29,534 bases of DNA from Eubacteriales bacterium (GCA_045129535.1 JBGVJO010000174.1:1-29534); one strand, 5' to 3'; positions 16,077-25,750 are shown, counted from the first letter of the stretch. A program made the numbers and translations. The notes: a model not told the origin generated them from the letters alone.

Positions 16077-19000
16077 TTATTCGCCGTCGTTGGCTTCGGA
16101 CCAGCGCTTCTCCAGTGCTGCCCAATCGCGTACGGGACGGATCTGCTCCCAGATCTCACTGGTCTTGTCCCAGGTGTAGGTATGGGAGTTGGTGGCTTCC
16201 TGGATCTCCGCATAGTACCATGCGGCGGTATCCGCGTTGTCCACCCAGGTGATCATATCCTCAAGGAGATGATCCTTATCGGGGGCCCGGTTCAGGGTAC
16301 GGTTGATGATCTTGATGGCCTCCGCGCGAGTCACGTAGCGGTCGGGCTGGAAGGTTTCATCGCCGTAGCCGTCGACGAATCCCAGATCGGCTGCGCCGTT
16401 GATGAAGGCCGCCGCCCAATGCTCACCTACGTCATTGAACACGTGGCTGTCGCTGTGTACCGTACCGTAGAAGGACATGGCGATCTTCACCAGCTCAGCT
16501 CGGGTGATGGGCTGATCCGGGTGGAAGGTGCCGTCCTCATAACCGGACAGAGCGCCTGCCTTCGCCAGGGTAGAGATAGCGTTGTTGTACCACGCATCTG
16601 CCGACACGTCGGTGAAGTCGTTGGTCTTGGACCAATACTCGGCCCGCTTGGCATCCGTCAGGAGACGGAAGAAGATGGTCGCCACCTCCGCGCGGGTGAT
16701 ATTATCCTCGGGACGGACGGTGTCATCCTGATAACCGATGATATAACCGAAGTGATCACGGGTCTCCAGGGACAGATCCGTATAGGTGTTGGTAAAGGTG
16801 ATCACGGTGGGCGTGAGTCTGGCCTTTACGGTAACCGTAGCGCCGTAGGGGATTACGTTTCCGTTCGCATCCGTTGCCACGGTGGTCAGTGCGTAACCGG
16901 GCACGCCGGCTCCCACTTCTTCCACCAGGTAGTTATTGCCCTTCGGCAGATCGAAGTAGCCGGAATCGCCCTTGCCCGTTTTGGCGTTCACCTTAACGGT
17001 TTCCGTATGCACCAGAACCTTGGTGTCACCGATCACTTGATAGATGCGGAAGGTGTACTCTTTGGTACCAGTGAAGTCACGGGGAGCTTCCACAATCTTC
17101 TCGATCTTCATTGTACCGTCCGGAATCGGATTCCGTCCGGTGGTGCCGTAAATCACCACATCTGCGGCCAGCATCGTGAATACGGGATCTCCGTATCCGT
17201 TATACAAAACCGTAAGAGGCGTACCGTAGATGGTCCGAGGCACGCTCCAACCGGAGAAATAATAGCCTGCGGGGAGTAGGGGGGCATCCAGCATAAAGTG
17301 ACGCTGGAACAGCTCGTATCCGCCCTCCCAATACAGCAAGCCATCCAGATAATAGCGTACGCTGTATTTTTCAGCGGGAGCAATGGGCGTGGAGGTGCAG
17401 CGAATGTGCACTTCACCGTGCTCCGTCATGGTAAAGGTACCGTCCGCATTCATAACCACGGAGACTCCGCTCGTTACGGATATAGGAGCGGACCAGCCGC
17501 TGTAAGAGTGAGAAGACGTGCCGGGCAGATTCTCCATCACCGTAACGCTGGTGTTCAAAGGATAAGTCTGGGTGAGGTGGGTCTGCTCCACGCCGTCCAC
17601 GAAGTACTTAACCGTGAACTCCTGCGGCTCGGTAGACACCCATTTACCATAGAGGTGAATGGTCTTGTCCGTACGGGTCAAGGCAGGCATGGTGAAGGTG
17701 CCGCCGGGCGCCACCAGAATGGTGGGATCGGAGCAGAACCAGCCCTCGAAGATAGCCTTGTCCGGCTTGATGCCGATTACGTCCAGCGCGGTCACGGTGG
17801 CGCCCGTGTAGTAAGCGCCGCTGTCGGTGGGCAGATCGGGCCAGCCCAGTGCTCTCCACTGAGCCTCAGTCAGCTCGTCCACGTAGTGGTATACCACGCG
17901 GGAGGTTGCCTCACGGCTGTAATACAACTCGAGAACCAGGGGGGTGGTGGCGGAAACTACGCCTTCCCACTTGCCGACGTCCCGGGTCTTGTCTGCGTTG
18001 ATCTTCGCACCCATATTCAAATACGTCTGGTAGGCATTGGCACGAACGGAGTCACCCACTACGCCGGTCTTTGTTTCGGTGTACGGAGTAACGTCCTCGT
18101 AGTTGCCCTTGTCATTCATCAGGTAATGGGCAATGGTGTAGTTGACCTGACCTGCGATGAACGAACCCTTCAAGGCCACACTCCGGGCGGGCATAAGGAA
18201 GGTTTCGCCTGCCGTTACGTTGCCAACCTCCGCCGATCTCCATCCGGAGAAGGTATATCCCGCCAGGGTGGGAGCGGGAGTGGTTACGGTATCACCGAAA
18301 TGCTTGGTCTCCGCACCGGGGAGCTGTGCGCCCGCGGGAACGGTGCCCTCAAACTCGTAGGTAACGGTGTAATCCACCAGATCGTAGAACAGCTTCAAAA
18401 TGAGCGTACCGCTTGCGGGGATCACACCGGAGGGAACGCGCTCCTTGTGGATCGTGTTCTCGGTATATCCCTCGAAGGTCATGGAATGGGCCTCCACGGC
18501 TGCACCGATGGGTGCCGTGTGAGTATGGCTTGCCTCCTCATCCTTCACGTATCCCTGATGATCCGTAGTCTGGAGCCAATATTCCACCACGTAGGGAGGA
18601 TTGATATTGAAGGAGCCAACCAGGATCACGTCGTGGGCGGGCATCTCGAACTTGCCCTCACTTACCGTCACGCCGGCGGGAGACTGGATCGTCCAGCCGG
18701 AGAAGGTGTAGCCGTCCGCCGTCGCATCGGGAGCGACAGTTACCTCGGACATATAGATGGCGTCCGCTGCTGCGGGAAGGGGAGAACGGTTTGCGGGAAG
18801 TATGCCCACATACTCGTAAATAACACGGTAGGTGTTCCGCTTGTAGTACAGCTTCAGAGTCAGAGGATAGTAGGGATCGGTGGAAGCGACCACGGTGCCG
18901 CTGAGCACGCTGCCCGCTGCGGCGGGATCGTGCACGTATCCGGCGAAGCGATTGTCCACGGATGCCTTCTTGGGCGTGCCGGTTACGGTTTCGCCGGCAA

Positions 19001-22000
19001 TGCCGTCATTAAACTCTTCCGTCAGGATCGGTGCGGAATAATTTCCGTTTTCGTCCATCAGGTAGTGCTCTACCTTGTAGTGAACGCCCTCGATCCGCTT
19101 GAACTCGCCCCACAGGGTCAGATCCTCATCGGGCATTGCAAAGGAGGACATACCCGTGGTCACGTGGAACGCCGCATTCTTCGTGTACCAGCCGCGGAAG
19201 CTGTAGTACTCCAGCACGGCGTCTTTTTCTACATCCACCTTCTGACCGAATCGGTAGGTGGCGGTGGTGGGCAGGGGCGGTGCTCCGGCCACGTCGGACT
19301 CGTACTCGTATTTAACGGTGTGGGTGTTGCGGACATAGTACAGTTTCAGCACCAAAGCTTTATTGGGGTCGGAGGTTGCTACCACGGTGCCGCTTGCAAG
19401 GGTGCCGGTAACGTCTGTATCCAGAGTCAGGCCGGTGTAGGTCTTTTTCGGTGCATAAACGATAGATCCGGTAACACCGTTATTATATATATCCGTTTCG
19501 TAGAGCGTAAAGCCGTCACCCTCGGTGTTCTGCCAGTAGTACTCAACCCGGTACTGATTGTTGGTGCGGGCCTCAAAGGAACCGACCAGAACCACGTCGG
19601 AGTCGGGCATTACGAACTGTCCGTTTTCATCGATAACGGTGTTGCGCGCCTTAAACTGCCATCCGGAGAAGACGTAGCCGTCGGCCACAGCGGGATCAGC
19701 GACCTTCACCGTGGTGCCGTAGGGCACATCGCGCTTTGTCAGTGTATCGAGAGCATCCTTGGCGGGAATTGCTTTATCCGGAACCGGATCGATGTATTCG
19801 TAGGTAACGGAGTAGGTTTTGCGGTTGTAGTACAGCTTAAGCACCAGACCAGTCTGTACCGTACCCGTTACGGGATCCGCATGATCAAAGGCATATCCGG
19901 TGAAGGATCGCTGGTAATTCGCTGCCGTTACGTCCGTACCGGCAACGCCGTGGGACTTGGCAGTCGCTTCCAGCTTATATCCCTCGTCCGTCTGCAGATA
20001 GTGCTCGATCACAAACTGTACGTCCGTCTTTGCATAGAATTCGCCCCACAGGGTTACGTTGGCGGCAGGCATCGTGAAGGACTCTGCGGCAGCGGTTACA
20101 GTCACGGCAGAACCTTCCTTGGTATACCATCCGATGAAGTCGTAGTCCGCACGGGATACGTCCGGCTTCACGGTTACGGTAGCGCCGTAACGGTACGCGG
20201 TGGTATCCTCGGGACGCGGGGGCAGATTCGGGATGGAGGAAGAGGATGCCTCGTAGGCGTACTCCACCCGATACGTATCGCGGTCGTAATAGAGCCGCAG
20301 CACCAGCTTTTCTTTTGCGGTGATGGTGCCCGTCGTCAGGGTATCGGGAGCCTTATCATTCAGGTGGAATCCCGCATAGGCTCTCACGGGAATCGTAACG
20401 GTGCTGTCGGTGGTACCCGTCAGATTCTGCCACTCGTGGAGAGAATATCCGTCTCCCTCCACATTCTGCCAATAGTACTCAATGCGGTAGGGTGTATCGT
20501 GGCGGGCGCTGAAGGAGCCTACCAGTACCACGTCCGCATCGGGCATCGTGATCTTGCCGTCACGGATCACCGCCTCGACGGGTGTCTCGATTCTCCAGCC
20601 GGAGAAGATGTAGCCTTCCACGGTGACAGGATCTGCCACCGTAACGGTGGTGCCGAACGCCACGTCGGTCAATCCTGCAGGAGGCGTTGCGCCTGCGGGA
20701 ACGGGATTTTCAAACTCGTATTTTACATCGTGCTTGTGGATCGTGTAGTACAGCTTCAGAATCAGCACGGGCTTCTCGGAAACGGTGCCCTGCGTCACGC
20801 TGCCTGTCACGCGGGAATCGTAGGTGTAGCCGGGGATGGTGCGGACGAACTCCGACGCATACTCCACGGTACCGGCTACTCCATGGGAAGAGCCCGTGTA
20901 ATTGGGAGTAGCGGGATAGCTTCCGTCTGCATTCTGCAGATAGTGGTGGATGTGGAAGGGCACGTTCTCCTTGAGAGTGAAGATACCGTACAGGGTGATG
21001 TTACCCATCGGCATCGTGAACTCCGTCATCTTATCGGTAACGGTAGTCTTGTTCAAGGTGTGCCATCCGGCGAAGGTCTGGTCAAGGACTGCATCCTGCG
21101 CCGCGTGGGATTCTACGGTGACAGTCTGACCGTGGTAGTATTCTTTGGTAATCGGCAAGTCAGGAGCCGTGCCGGGGACGGATCCCTCGTACGCGTAGGT
21201 AACGGTGTACTTGTTGCGGGTATGGAACTGGTGCATCGTGAACTGACCGTCGGCACTCACTTTACCGGAGGAGACGGTATCCACGGTGCCGCTGACGCCG
21301 GTTACCCTCGCGCCCATAACGGTGGTGTCCAAAGCAAAGCCTTCGTACACGCGGGTAGCGGCGGTTACGGTAGCATCGGTGGTACCGGTGCCTTTTACGG
21401 TTTCTCTGACGGAATAGGTACCGTCCAGATTCTGCACGTAATGGATCGTCTTATAAGGAATGCCGGTATTGGCGGTGAAGTAGCCGATCAGCTCCACGTC
21501 CCGATCGGGCATGGTAAAGGTAGCCTGATCTGCTGTGATGGCGGGATTGGTGGACTGCCATCCGGTGAAGGTGTAGCCGGAATAGGTAAGATCGGCAGCC
21601 ACGGTTACGTCGGTGCCGAAAGCCACATCGCTCAAGCCGGCAGGTGCCGTAGCACCCGGATTGTATCCGGTGATCGTATAGGTCACGTTGTGCTTGTTCG
21701 CGGTAAACGTGCCCTTGAATACGATATTCTTCTCAGGCATGGTATAGCTGCCGTCAGAGGCTACGCTTACGTCGGTAGTAGTCCAGCCGCCGAAAGTGTA
21801 GCCGTGAAGCACGGGAACATCGTTGCTCACCGCGGTTTCGCCGCCGGGCAAACGGTACTGCGTCCGGAACGTCACCGTCTGTTTGGTGACGGGATCGGTA
21901 TACTGATAGGTAACGGTATTGGCCTGAATGTAGGGGGTCTCTACGGCAGCAACCGGCACACCCGCGGTATTCAACAGGTTAGCGGTGCCGTCGTTGGAGG

Positions 22001-23711
22001 AAATCTTGCCGTCCTGAATCAGGGAGGAGTGGGTATCGATCATCTCGTAATCGGGGGTAGCGTTGATCTTGATGATCAGAGCCGTTCCGTAATAATCCCG
22101 GCCGTTCTTCGTACGGGCTGTATCGGAAACGTAGTTTTCGTCATAGTCGAAGCCGTGCACCTGCACCGTCTTTCCCTGCACGGTGCAGCTCAGTCCGGTG
22201 TCCCGGATCGCCTCGGACCAGCTCCAGGTGCCGTCTGCATTCTTCACGCGGTCCGACTTGTACAGAGATACGGAATTCGTACCGTCGGGGATGGTGAAGA
22301 AGGTGGACATGGTATCCACGATCTCCGCGCTCTGGCCCAACTCGATGGTGGGAGACTCGATCTGCTGAGCGATAGCCTGGAAGATCATCGCCAGGGATTC
22401 GGAGGAACTGGGGACCATATAGTAACCGGCAGAGGAATTTCCATTTGCTCCGGGGGTGCTCAGATTGGAGGCGTTGGGATAGTTGCTGGATACGTAATGG
22501 AAAAATTTATTCAGGTTAGTGGTAGTGTTATTTACGTCCGTATTCGGAGCCACGCTGATGGAATACACCTTCGCGGTCTGCTTGATATTCTTGGCCAGGT
22601 TGATCGCCGTATTGGCAACGTTGGTATCAAAGCCGTTGCTGTGGTTCGGCTCACCGTCGGAGAACACCAGCACGACCTTATTGCGCTGTGCAGCGCCCGC
22701 ATTGTTGGGCGCCAGAACCATCTGCGCCAGCGTCAGACCGTAGTCAATGGAGGTTGCGCCGCCGGGCTCCAGATCATTCACCGCCTCGATCAATGTCTCG
22801 TGACCGTCGCCGTCCGCCACCGTCAGGTTTTTGACCACCTGGGAATAGTTATAGCCGGAATTGTTTTTGTTGTTGCCCTCGGCGAGAGAAGCACTGCCAC
22901 CATAATAGCTGTCATCCGCAAATTTTACGATAGCGATACGGTGCTGGAGCGCTTCAATCTGTGCGTCCGTCAAGTTCTTCAACCGGCCTTCTGCCGCGAT
23001 TTCCGCGTTCTTCTGGTGGGTGGTTTCGATAAAAGAATCCACTGCCGTTTTCAGCGCTTCCATAAAAGTGACGTTGACTTTTTGGGTAGCGTACTGATAG
23101 AACTGTACTACGGGATAGCTGAACTGACGGGCTTCATTGGGGTTATTGTTCAGCCGCGGGTACACATACACGGGAGCATCGTTTGCGCCGTAGTAATAGT
23201 AGTAGTCGTACTTACCGCTGTCCGTGCCCTGCCGATGCAGCTCCACGTAGTGAGGTGCAGCCTCCGTACCCATATTGATATAATAGGTAGTGGAGGTGGA
23301 GGAGAAACCGTAAACGGTATCAAAACTAAATCCACCCGCCCAACGGTACTGGGTGCTACCGTTTACTGCACTGTAAGAGGTAACGGACGTGCTGGAGTGA
23401 ACGTCGTCCATAGAACCGGACACGTCCAGCACAAGCACGATATCCGTAGGAACGGACGTAGTGGTCTGCGTAACCACACCGGTGGTGTACGCTTCAATGA
23501 TTACGTCCACCGTTCCGTCGGGCTTGCCGTTTTCCTCGTGAAGCATAGCGGTCTTTCGCATAACGACACCGTCCGACTGGTTGGTGTTTTCCATAACGGA
23601 AGACTGCATGCGGGCCTGCAGTTCGTCAGAGCTTGCGGCAAATACCTGCAGCGGCATCACCGTTACGAGCATCACAGCTGCCAAAAAAGCAGCAAAAATA
23701 CGTTTTGTCAT
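16077..23711 (-). CDS. Giant SLH-anchored surface adhesin: signal peptide, vWA domain, about 20 tandem beta-sandwich repeats, C-terminal S-layer homology domains
   Basis: 2544 aa; signal peptide ending VFA; MIDAS motif LVLDVSGS...GGATS...FSDGEPN; 12 repeats with a GW...xxMP-type motif (InlB-B/SHIRT-like) and 8 (H/Y)YLQ...LKLYY modules (MucBP-like); SLH motifs RPEDNITRAEVA, HPDQPITRAELV, QPDRYVTRAEAI; RBS AAGGAG. Confidence 0.92.
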   Translation of the reverse strand: MTKRIFAAFLAAVMLVTVMPLQVFAASSDELQARMQSSVMENTNQSDGVVMRKTAMLHEENGKPDGTVDVIIEAYTTGVVTQTTTSVPTDIVLVLDVSGSMDDVHSSTSVTSYSAVNGSTQYRWAGGFSFDTVYGFSSTSTTYYINMGTEAAPHYVELHRQGTDSGKYDYYYYYGANDAPVYVYPRLNNNPNEARQFSYPVVQFYQYATQKVNVTFMEALKTAVDSFIETTHQKNAEIAAEGRLKNLTDAQIEALQHRIAIVKFADDSYYGGSASLAEGNNKNNSGYNYSQVVKNLTVADGDGHETLIEAVNDLEPGGATSIDYGLTLAQMVLAPNNAGAAQRNKVVLVFSDGEPNHSNGFDTNVANTAINLAKNIKQTAKVYSISVAPNTDVNNTTTNLNKFFHYVSSNYPNASNLSTPGANGNSSAGYYMVPSSSESLAMIFQAIAQQIESPTIELGQSAEIVDTMSTFFTIPDGTNSVSLYKSDRVKNADGTWSWSEAIRDTGLSCTVQGKTVQVHGFDYDENYVSDTARTKNGRDYYGTALIIKINATPDYEMIDTHSSLIQDGKISSNDGTANLLNTAGVPVAAVETPYIQANTVTYQYTDPVTKQTVTFRTQYRLPGGETAVSNDVPVLHGYTFGGWTTTDVSVASDGSYTMPEKNIVFKGTFTANKHNVTYTITGYNPGATAPAGLSDVAFGTDVTVAADLTYSGYTFTGWQSTNPAITADQATFTMPDRDVELIGYFTANTGIPYKTIHYVQNLDGTYSVRETVKGTGTTDATVTAATRVYEGFALDTTVMGARVTGVSGTVDTVSSGKVSADGQFTMHQFHTRNKYTVTYAYEGSVPGTAPDLPITKEYYHGQTVTVESHAAQDAVLDQTFAGWHTLNKTTVTDKMTEFTMPMGNITLYGIFTLKENVPFHIHHYLQNADGSYPATPNYTGSSHGVAGTVEYASEFVRTIPGYTYDSRVTGSVTQGTVSEKPVLILKLYYTIHKHDVKYEFENPVPAGATPPAGLTDVAFGTTVTVADPVTVEGYIFSGWRIETPVEAVIRDGKITMPDADVVLVGSFSARHDTPYRIEYYWQNVEGDGYSLHEWQNLTGTTDSTVTIPVRAYAGFHLNDKAPDTLTTGTITAKEKLVLRLYYDRDTYRVEYAYEASSSSIPNLPPRPEDTTAYRYGATVTVKPDVSRADYDFIGWYTKEGSAVTVTAAAESFTMPAANVTLWGEFYAKTDVQFVIEHYLQTDEGYKLEATAKSHGVAGTDVTAANYQRSFTGYAFDHADPVTGTVQTGLVLKLYYNRKTYSVTYEYIDPVPDKAIPAKDALDTLTKRDVPYGTTVKVADPAVADGYVFSGWQFKARNTVIDENGQFVMPDSDVVLVGSFEARTNNQYRVEYYWQNTEGDGFTLYETDIYNNGVTGSIVYAPKKTYTGLTLDTDVTGTLASGTVVATSDPNKALVLKLYYVRNTHTVKYEYESDVAGAPPLPTTATYRFGQKVDVEKDAVLEYYSFRGWYTKNAAFHVTTGMSSFAMPDEDLTLWGEFKRIEGVHYKVEHYLMDENGNYSAPILTEEFNDGIAGETVTGTPKKASVDNRFAGYVHDPAAAGSVLSGTVVASTDPYYPLTLKLYYKRNTYRVIYEYVGILPANRSPLPAAADAIYMSEVTVAPDATADGYTFSGWTIQSPAGVTVSEGKFEMPAHDVILVGSFNINPPYVVEYWLQTTDHQGYVKDEEASHTHTAPIGAAVEAHSMTFEGYTENTIHKERVPSGVIPASGTLILKLFYDLVDYTVTYEFEGTVPAGAQLPGAETKHFGDTVTTPAPTLAGYTFSGWRSAEVGNVTAGETFLMPARSVALKGSFIAGQVNYTIAHYLMNDKGNYEDVTPYTETKTGVVGDSVRANAYQTYLNMGAKINADKTRDVGKWEGVVSATTPLVLELYYSREATSRVVYHYVDELTEAQWRALGWPDLPTDSGAYYTGATVTALDVIGIKPDKAIFEGWFCSDPTILVAPGGTFTMPALTRTDKTIHLYGKWVSTEPQEFTVKYFVDGVEQTHLTQTYPLNTSVTVMENLPGTSSHSYSGWSAPISVTSGVSVVMNADGTFTMTEHGEVHIRCTSTPIAPAEKYSVRYYLDGLLYWEGGYELFQRHFMLDAPLLPAGYYFSGWSVPRTIYGTPLTVLYNGYGDPVFTMLAADVVIYGTTGRNPIPDGTMKIEKIVEAPRDFTGTKEYTFRIYQVIGDTKVLVHTETVKVNAKTGKGDSGYFDLPKGNNYLVEEVGAGVPGYALTTVATDANGNVIPYGATVTVKARLTPTVITFTNTYTDLSLETRDHFGYIIGYQDDTVRPEDNITRAEVATIFFRLLTDAKRAEYWSKTNDFTDVSADAWYNNAISTLAKAGALSGYEDGTFHPDQPITRAELVKIAMSFYGTVHSDSHVFNDVGEHWAAAFINGAADLGFVDGYGDETFQPDRYVTRAEAIKIINRTLNRAPDKDHLLEDMITWVDNADTAAWYYAEIQEATNSHTYTWDKTSEIWEQIRPVRDWAALEKRWSEANDGE

Positions 23712-23773
23712 CAGTTATTCTCCTTGCCGGGGTTGTGTCCCATTTTCTCTCATAATTGTATGTACACGAGCAC

Positions 23774-24133
23774 TCACGTCTCTGCCAATTCGGCAGAAGC
23801 GCTCGGTGTTCGCAGTTCCGGGTTGTCCTTTTTATCGGCATAGCGGCAGACGCCGATGTAGTCCTCGCATTTTTCAAAGTACCTGCAGTCGCCGCACCAT
23901 CGTTCCTCGAAAGCCAACGGCTTCGCCCGAAAATGATGGCAGCCGTCCTGATATACCGTGGCGAACGGAAGCCCCTCTTTCGTGTACTCCGGTTTGCTTA
24001 CAAAATCCGGATAAATGGGCACGGGCTCCCATCGATTTCGTTCCTCTTCACTGGTATATCCATACCGTATTTCAAACACGGTATCTCCTATGATGACGAT
24101 CTTGTGCAAGTCACCCTCTCGGATGTCCCTCAT
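23774..24133 (-). CDS. Small Cys-rich hypothetical protein
   Basis: 119 aa with RBS GGAGGA; FEIRYGY...PIYPDF...YT..G.PF...QDGC...WCGDC..F..C...IGVC; co-oriented between the regulator and the adhesin. Confidence 0.8.
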   Translation of the reverse strand: MRDIREGDLHKIVIIGDTVFEIRYGYTSEEERNRWEPVPIYPDFVSKPEYTKEGLPFATVYQDGCHHFRAKPLAFEERWCGDCRYFEKCEDYIGVCRYADKKDNPELRTPSASAELAET

Positions 24134-24189
24134 GACCGATCCTCCAAATTTTTTACAGTTTTTTCGATATTACTTTCCATATTACTATA

Positions 24190-24208
24190 ATACAGGATTT
24201 TCCTGTAT
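24190..24208. promoter_or_regulatory. Candidate operator (8-3-8 inverted repeat) upstream of the Cys-rich/adhesin operon
   Basis: ATACAGGA-ttt-TCCTGTAT, directly upstream of a minus-strand TATAGT -10-like box (24183-24188). Confidence 0.5.
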
Positions 24209-24245
24209 AAATCTGTAACTTTCCGGCGGAAAAAAGTGGAGTTTT

Positions 24246-25499
24246 TTACACGAAGGCACCCAACTTTTCACGCTTATTTACGCCGGTCTTATTCATCGCG
24301 TCGTACACGGCTTTTTTAACAGAATCCACGGAAATATGCAGCTGACTGCTGATCTCGGAATTGCTGAGGCCGAACGCCGCCAGGCGGGCGATCTCCCGCT
24401 CCCGAATGGTGAGAGCCCGAGACACGCTTTTGGACAGAAGCGAGTTGTGCAGCTTTGTCCAGCCCGTAAGCAAACCCCGGTGAAGCTCCTTATACCGCTT
24501 AAAGGCCTCCAGATCGGCCAAGGCAAGCCGGTCGTCCAAAAGAAAGTCCAGATTGCGGCGGTACTCTGCAAAAATGCCGAGAAATCCGTCCGGCAGGGCC
24601 AGCGCAATTGCCGCATCCACGTGAAAGGCAGCCGATTTTTCGTCGCCGCACTGATGGTATGCCGTAGCAGCCAGCAAACGGAGGTGTATTTCGGGGATGA
24701 TCTTGTGCTCTATGGAAAGCTGGGCGATCATGGGCTCTGCAATATGGGGGATGAAGCGGATCATGCCGCGTCCCGTCACGTCCACAGTTTTCACCTGATT
24801 CACCGCTCTGTCCTGGGCATAAAACAGCAGGTACTTGAGGTAAAACACCCAAGCTGCCGGATGCGCATCCGAGGGCAAGTGGCCGAACTGCCCCCGCACA
24901 AACCATTCGGGATAGTTGGAAAAATCCCGCACCGTACTGTCCACACAGGCCAGAGACAAGGACAGGATATCCCGATCCTCCTCATGCCGGCAGGGGGCCT
25001 CAAAAATATGCAGCTTTGCCTGCCGCCACAGATGGACGTCGCCGCGCCACATAGCCGCCAGCGCCAACAGCATTCCTCCCGCATTGACGGCGTAAAAGCC
25101 GGAGCGGTGATTCAAAAAGTACTGCGCGTGGGCCACAACCTGATCGATATCGCCCCGGTTGTACGCAATCTCGGCGGCAAACAGTGCCTGCGCCTCCGGA
25201 TGATCGTCCAAAGCCGCAATGCACTCCTCAGCGGATCCGGGCTTCGTGTACAGATCGGTCATGGACAAAAAAGGAGATTTGCGGGGCATGGGGAGATTGG
25301 CGGCGTTTTTCGCCTTCTCCGCCCGCGCTCTCTTGGTCCTGCCATCCGCCGGCTTGGGGGTTCCCTCGGGGATCATCCAGGATCGACCGAAGCGCACCGC
25401 ACCCGGCACGGAGCCTGCCCGGCAGAGATTCTGCACCTGACGGGGAGAGATGCCCCACGTTTCCGCCGCTTCGACGATGGGGATGTATTTTTCCTTCAT
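24246..25499 (-). CDS. Transcriptional regulator with N-terminal excisionase/MerR-like HTH and C-terminal LuxR HTH
   Basis: N-term EAAETWGISPRQVQNLCRAGSVPGAVRFGRSWMIP; C-term LTIREREIARLAAFGLSNSEISSQLHISVDSVK; helical middle; start at ATG 25499 after the RBS GAGGAA. Confidence 0.88.
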   Translation of the reverse strand: MKEKYIPIVEAAETWGISPRQVQNLCRAGSVPGAVRFGRSWMIPEGTPKPADGRTKRARAEKAKNAANLPMPRKSPFLSMTDLYTKPGSAEECIAALDDHPEAQALFAAEIAYNRGDIDQVVAHAQYFLNHRSGFYAVNAGGMLLALAAMWRGDVHLWRQAKLHIFEAPCRHEEDRDILSLSLACVDSTVRDFSNYPEWFVRGQFGHLPSDAHPAAWVFYLKYLLFYAQDRAVNQVKTVDVTGRGMIRFIPHIAEPMIAQLSIEHKIIPEIHLRLLAATAYHQCGDEKSAAFHVDAAIALALPDGFLGIFAEYRRNLDFLLDDRLALADLEAFKRYKELHRGLLTGWTKLHNSLLSKSVSRALTIREREIARLAAFGLSNSEISSQLHISVDSVKKAVYDAMNKTGVNKREKLGAFV

Positions 25500-25542
25500 A
25501 CTTTCCTCGCTATATTTCGCATTCGCGATACGTATACACTTT

Positions 25543-25571
25543 ATTATACATCGTTTTCGCGAAGGATACAA
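25543..25571 (-). promoter_or_regulatory. Sigma-A promoter of the dual-HTH regulator
   Basis: TTGTAT-17 nt-TATAAT on the minus strand. Confidence 0.65.
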
Positions 25572-25605
25572 GGGGGGGATGGGAAGTTTTTAGCGGAACA
25601 GAAAG

Positions 25606-25730
25606 AAAAATCCCCGCCGATGACTCGGCGGGGATTCGTTTATTCGGTTTTCTCTACCCTCGTGGGATAGCGGCTACTTACTTATTGCTGATAGCAGCCT
25701 GTGGTGCTATCAGCAAAAGAGGGAAATTAT
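25606..25730 (-). repeat. Cassette-boundary repeat, distal copy (att-like inverted repeat + recoded ppdK 3' end + terminator)
   Basis: Aligns along its length with 26586-26696; 25606-25636 is identical to 27256-27286; 25678-25713 translates on the minus strand as LIAPQAAISNK*. Confidence 0.85.
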
Positions 25731-25750
25731 GAATTGCAATAGAATGGAAT

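Noticed and set aside
17298-23843. 2181-aa ORF antisense to the adhesin
   Set aside because: It is the codon-register mirror of the adhesin. It stays open because the sense gene avoids TTA, CTA and TCA codons. The translation is a Gly/Arg/His/Val-rich mirror with no recognisable domain. Similar shadows lie over rnj, the U32 gene and rlmD.
14763-25499. Prophage or conjugative element suggested by the XRE and excisionase-like HTH domains
   Set aside because: No integrase, relaxase, T4SS, replication or virion genes; both HTHs are fused to large sensor-type domains, as in stand-alone regulators.
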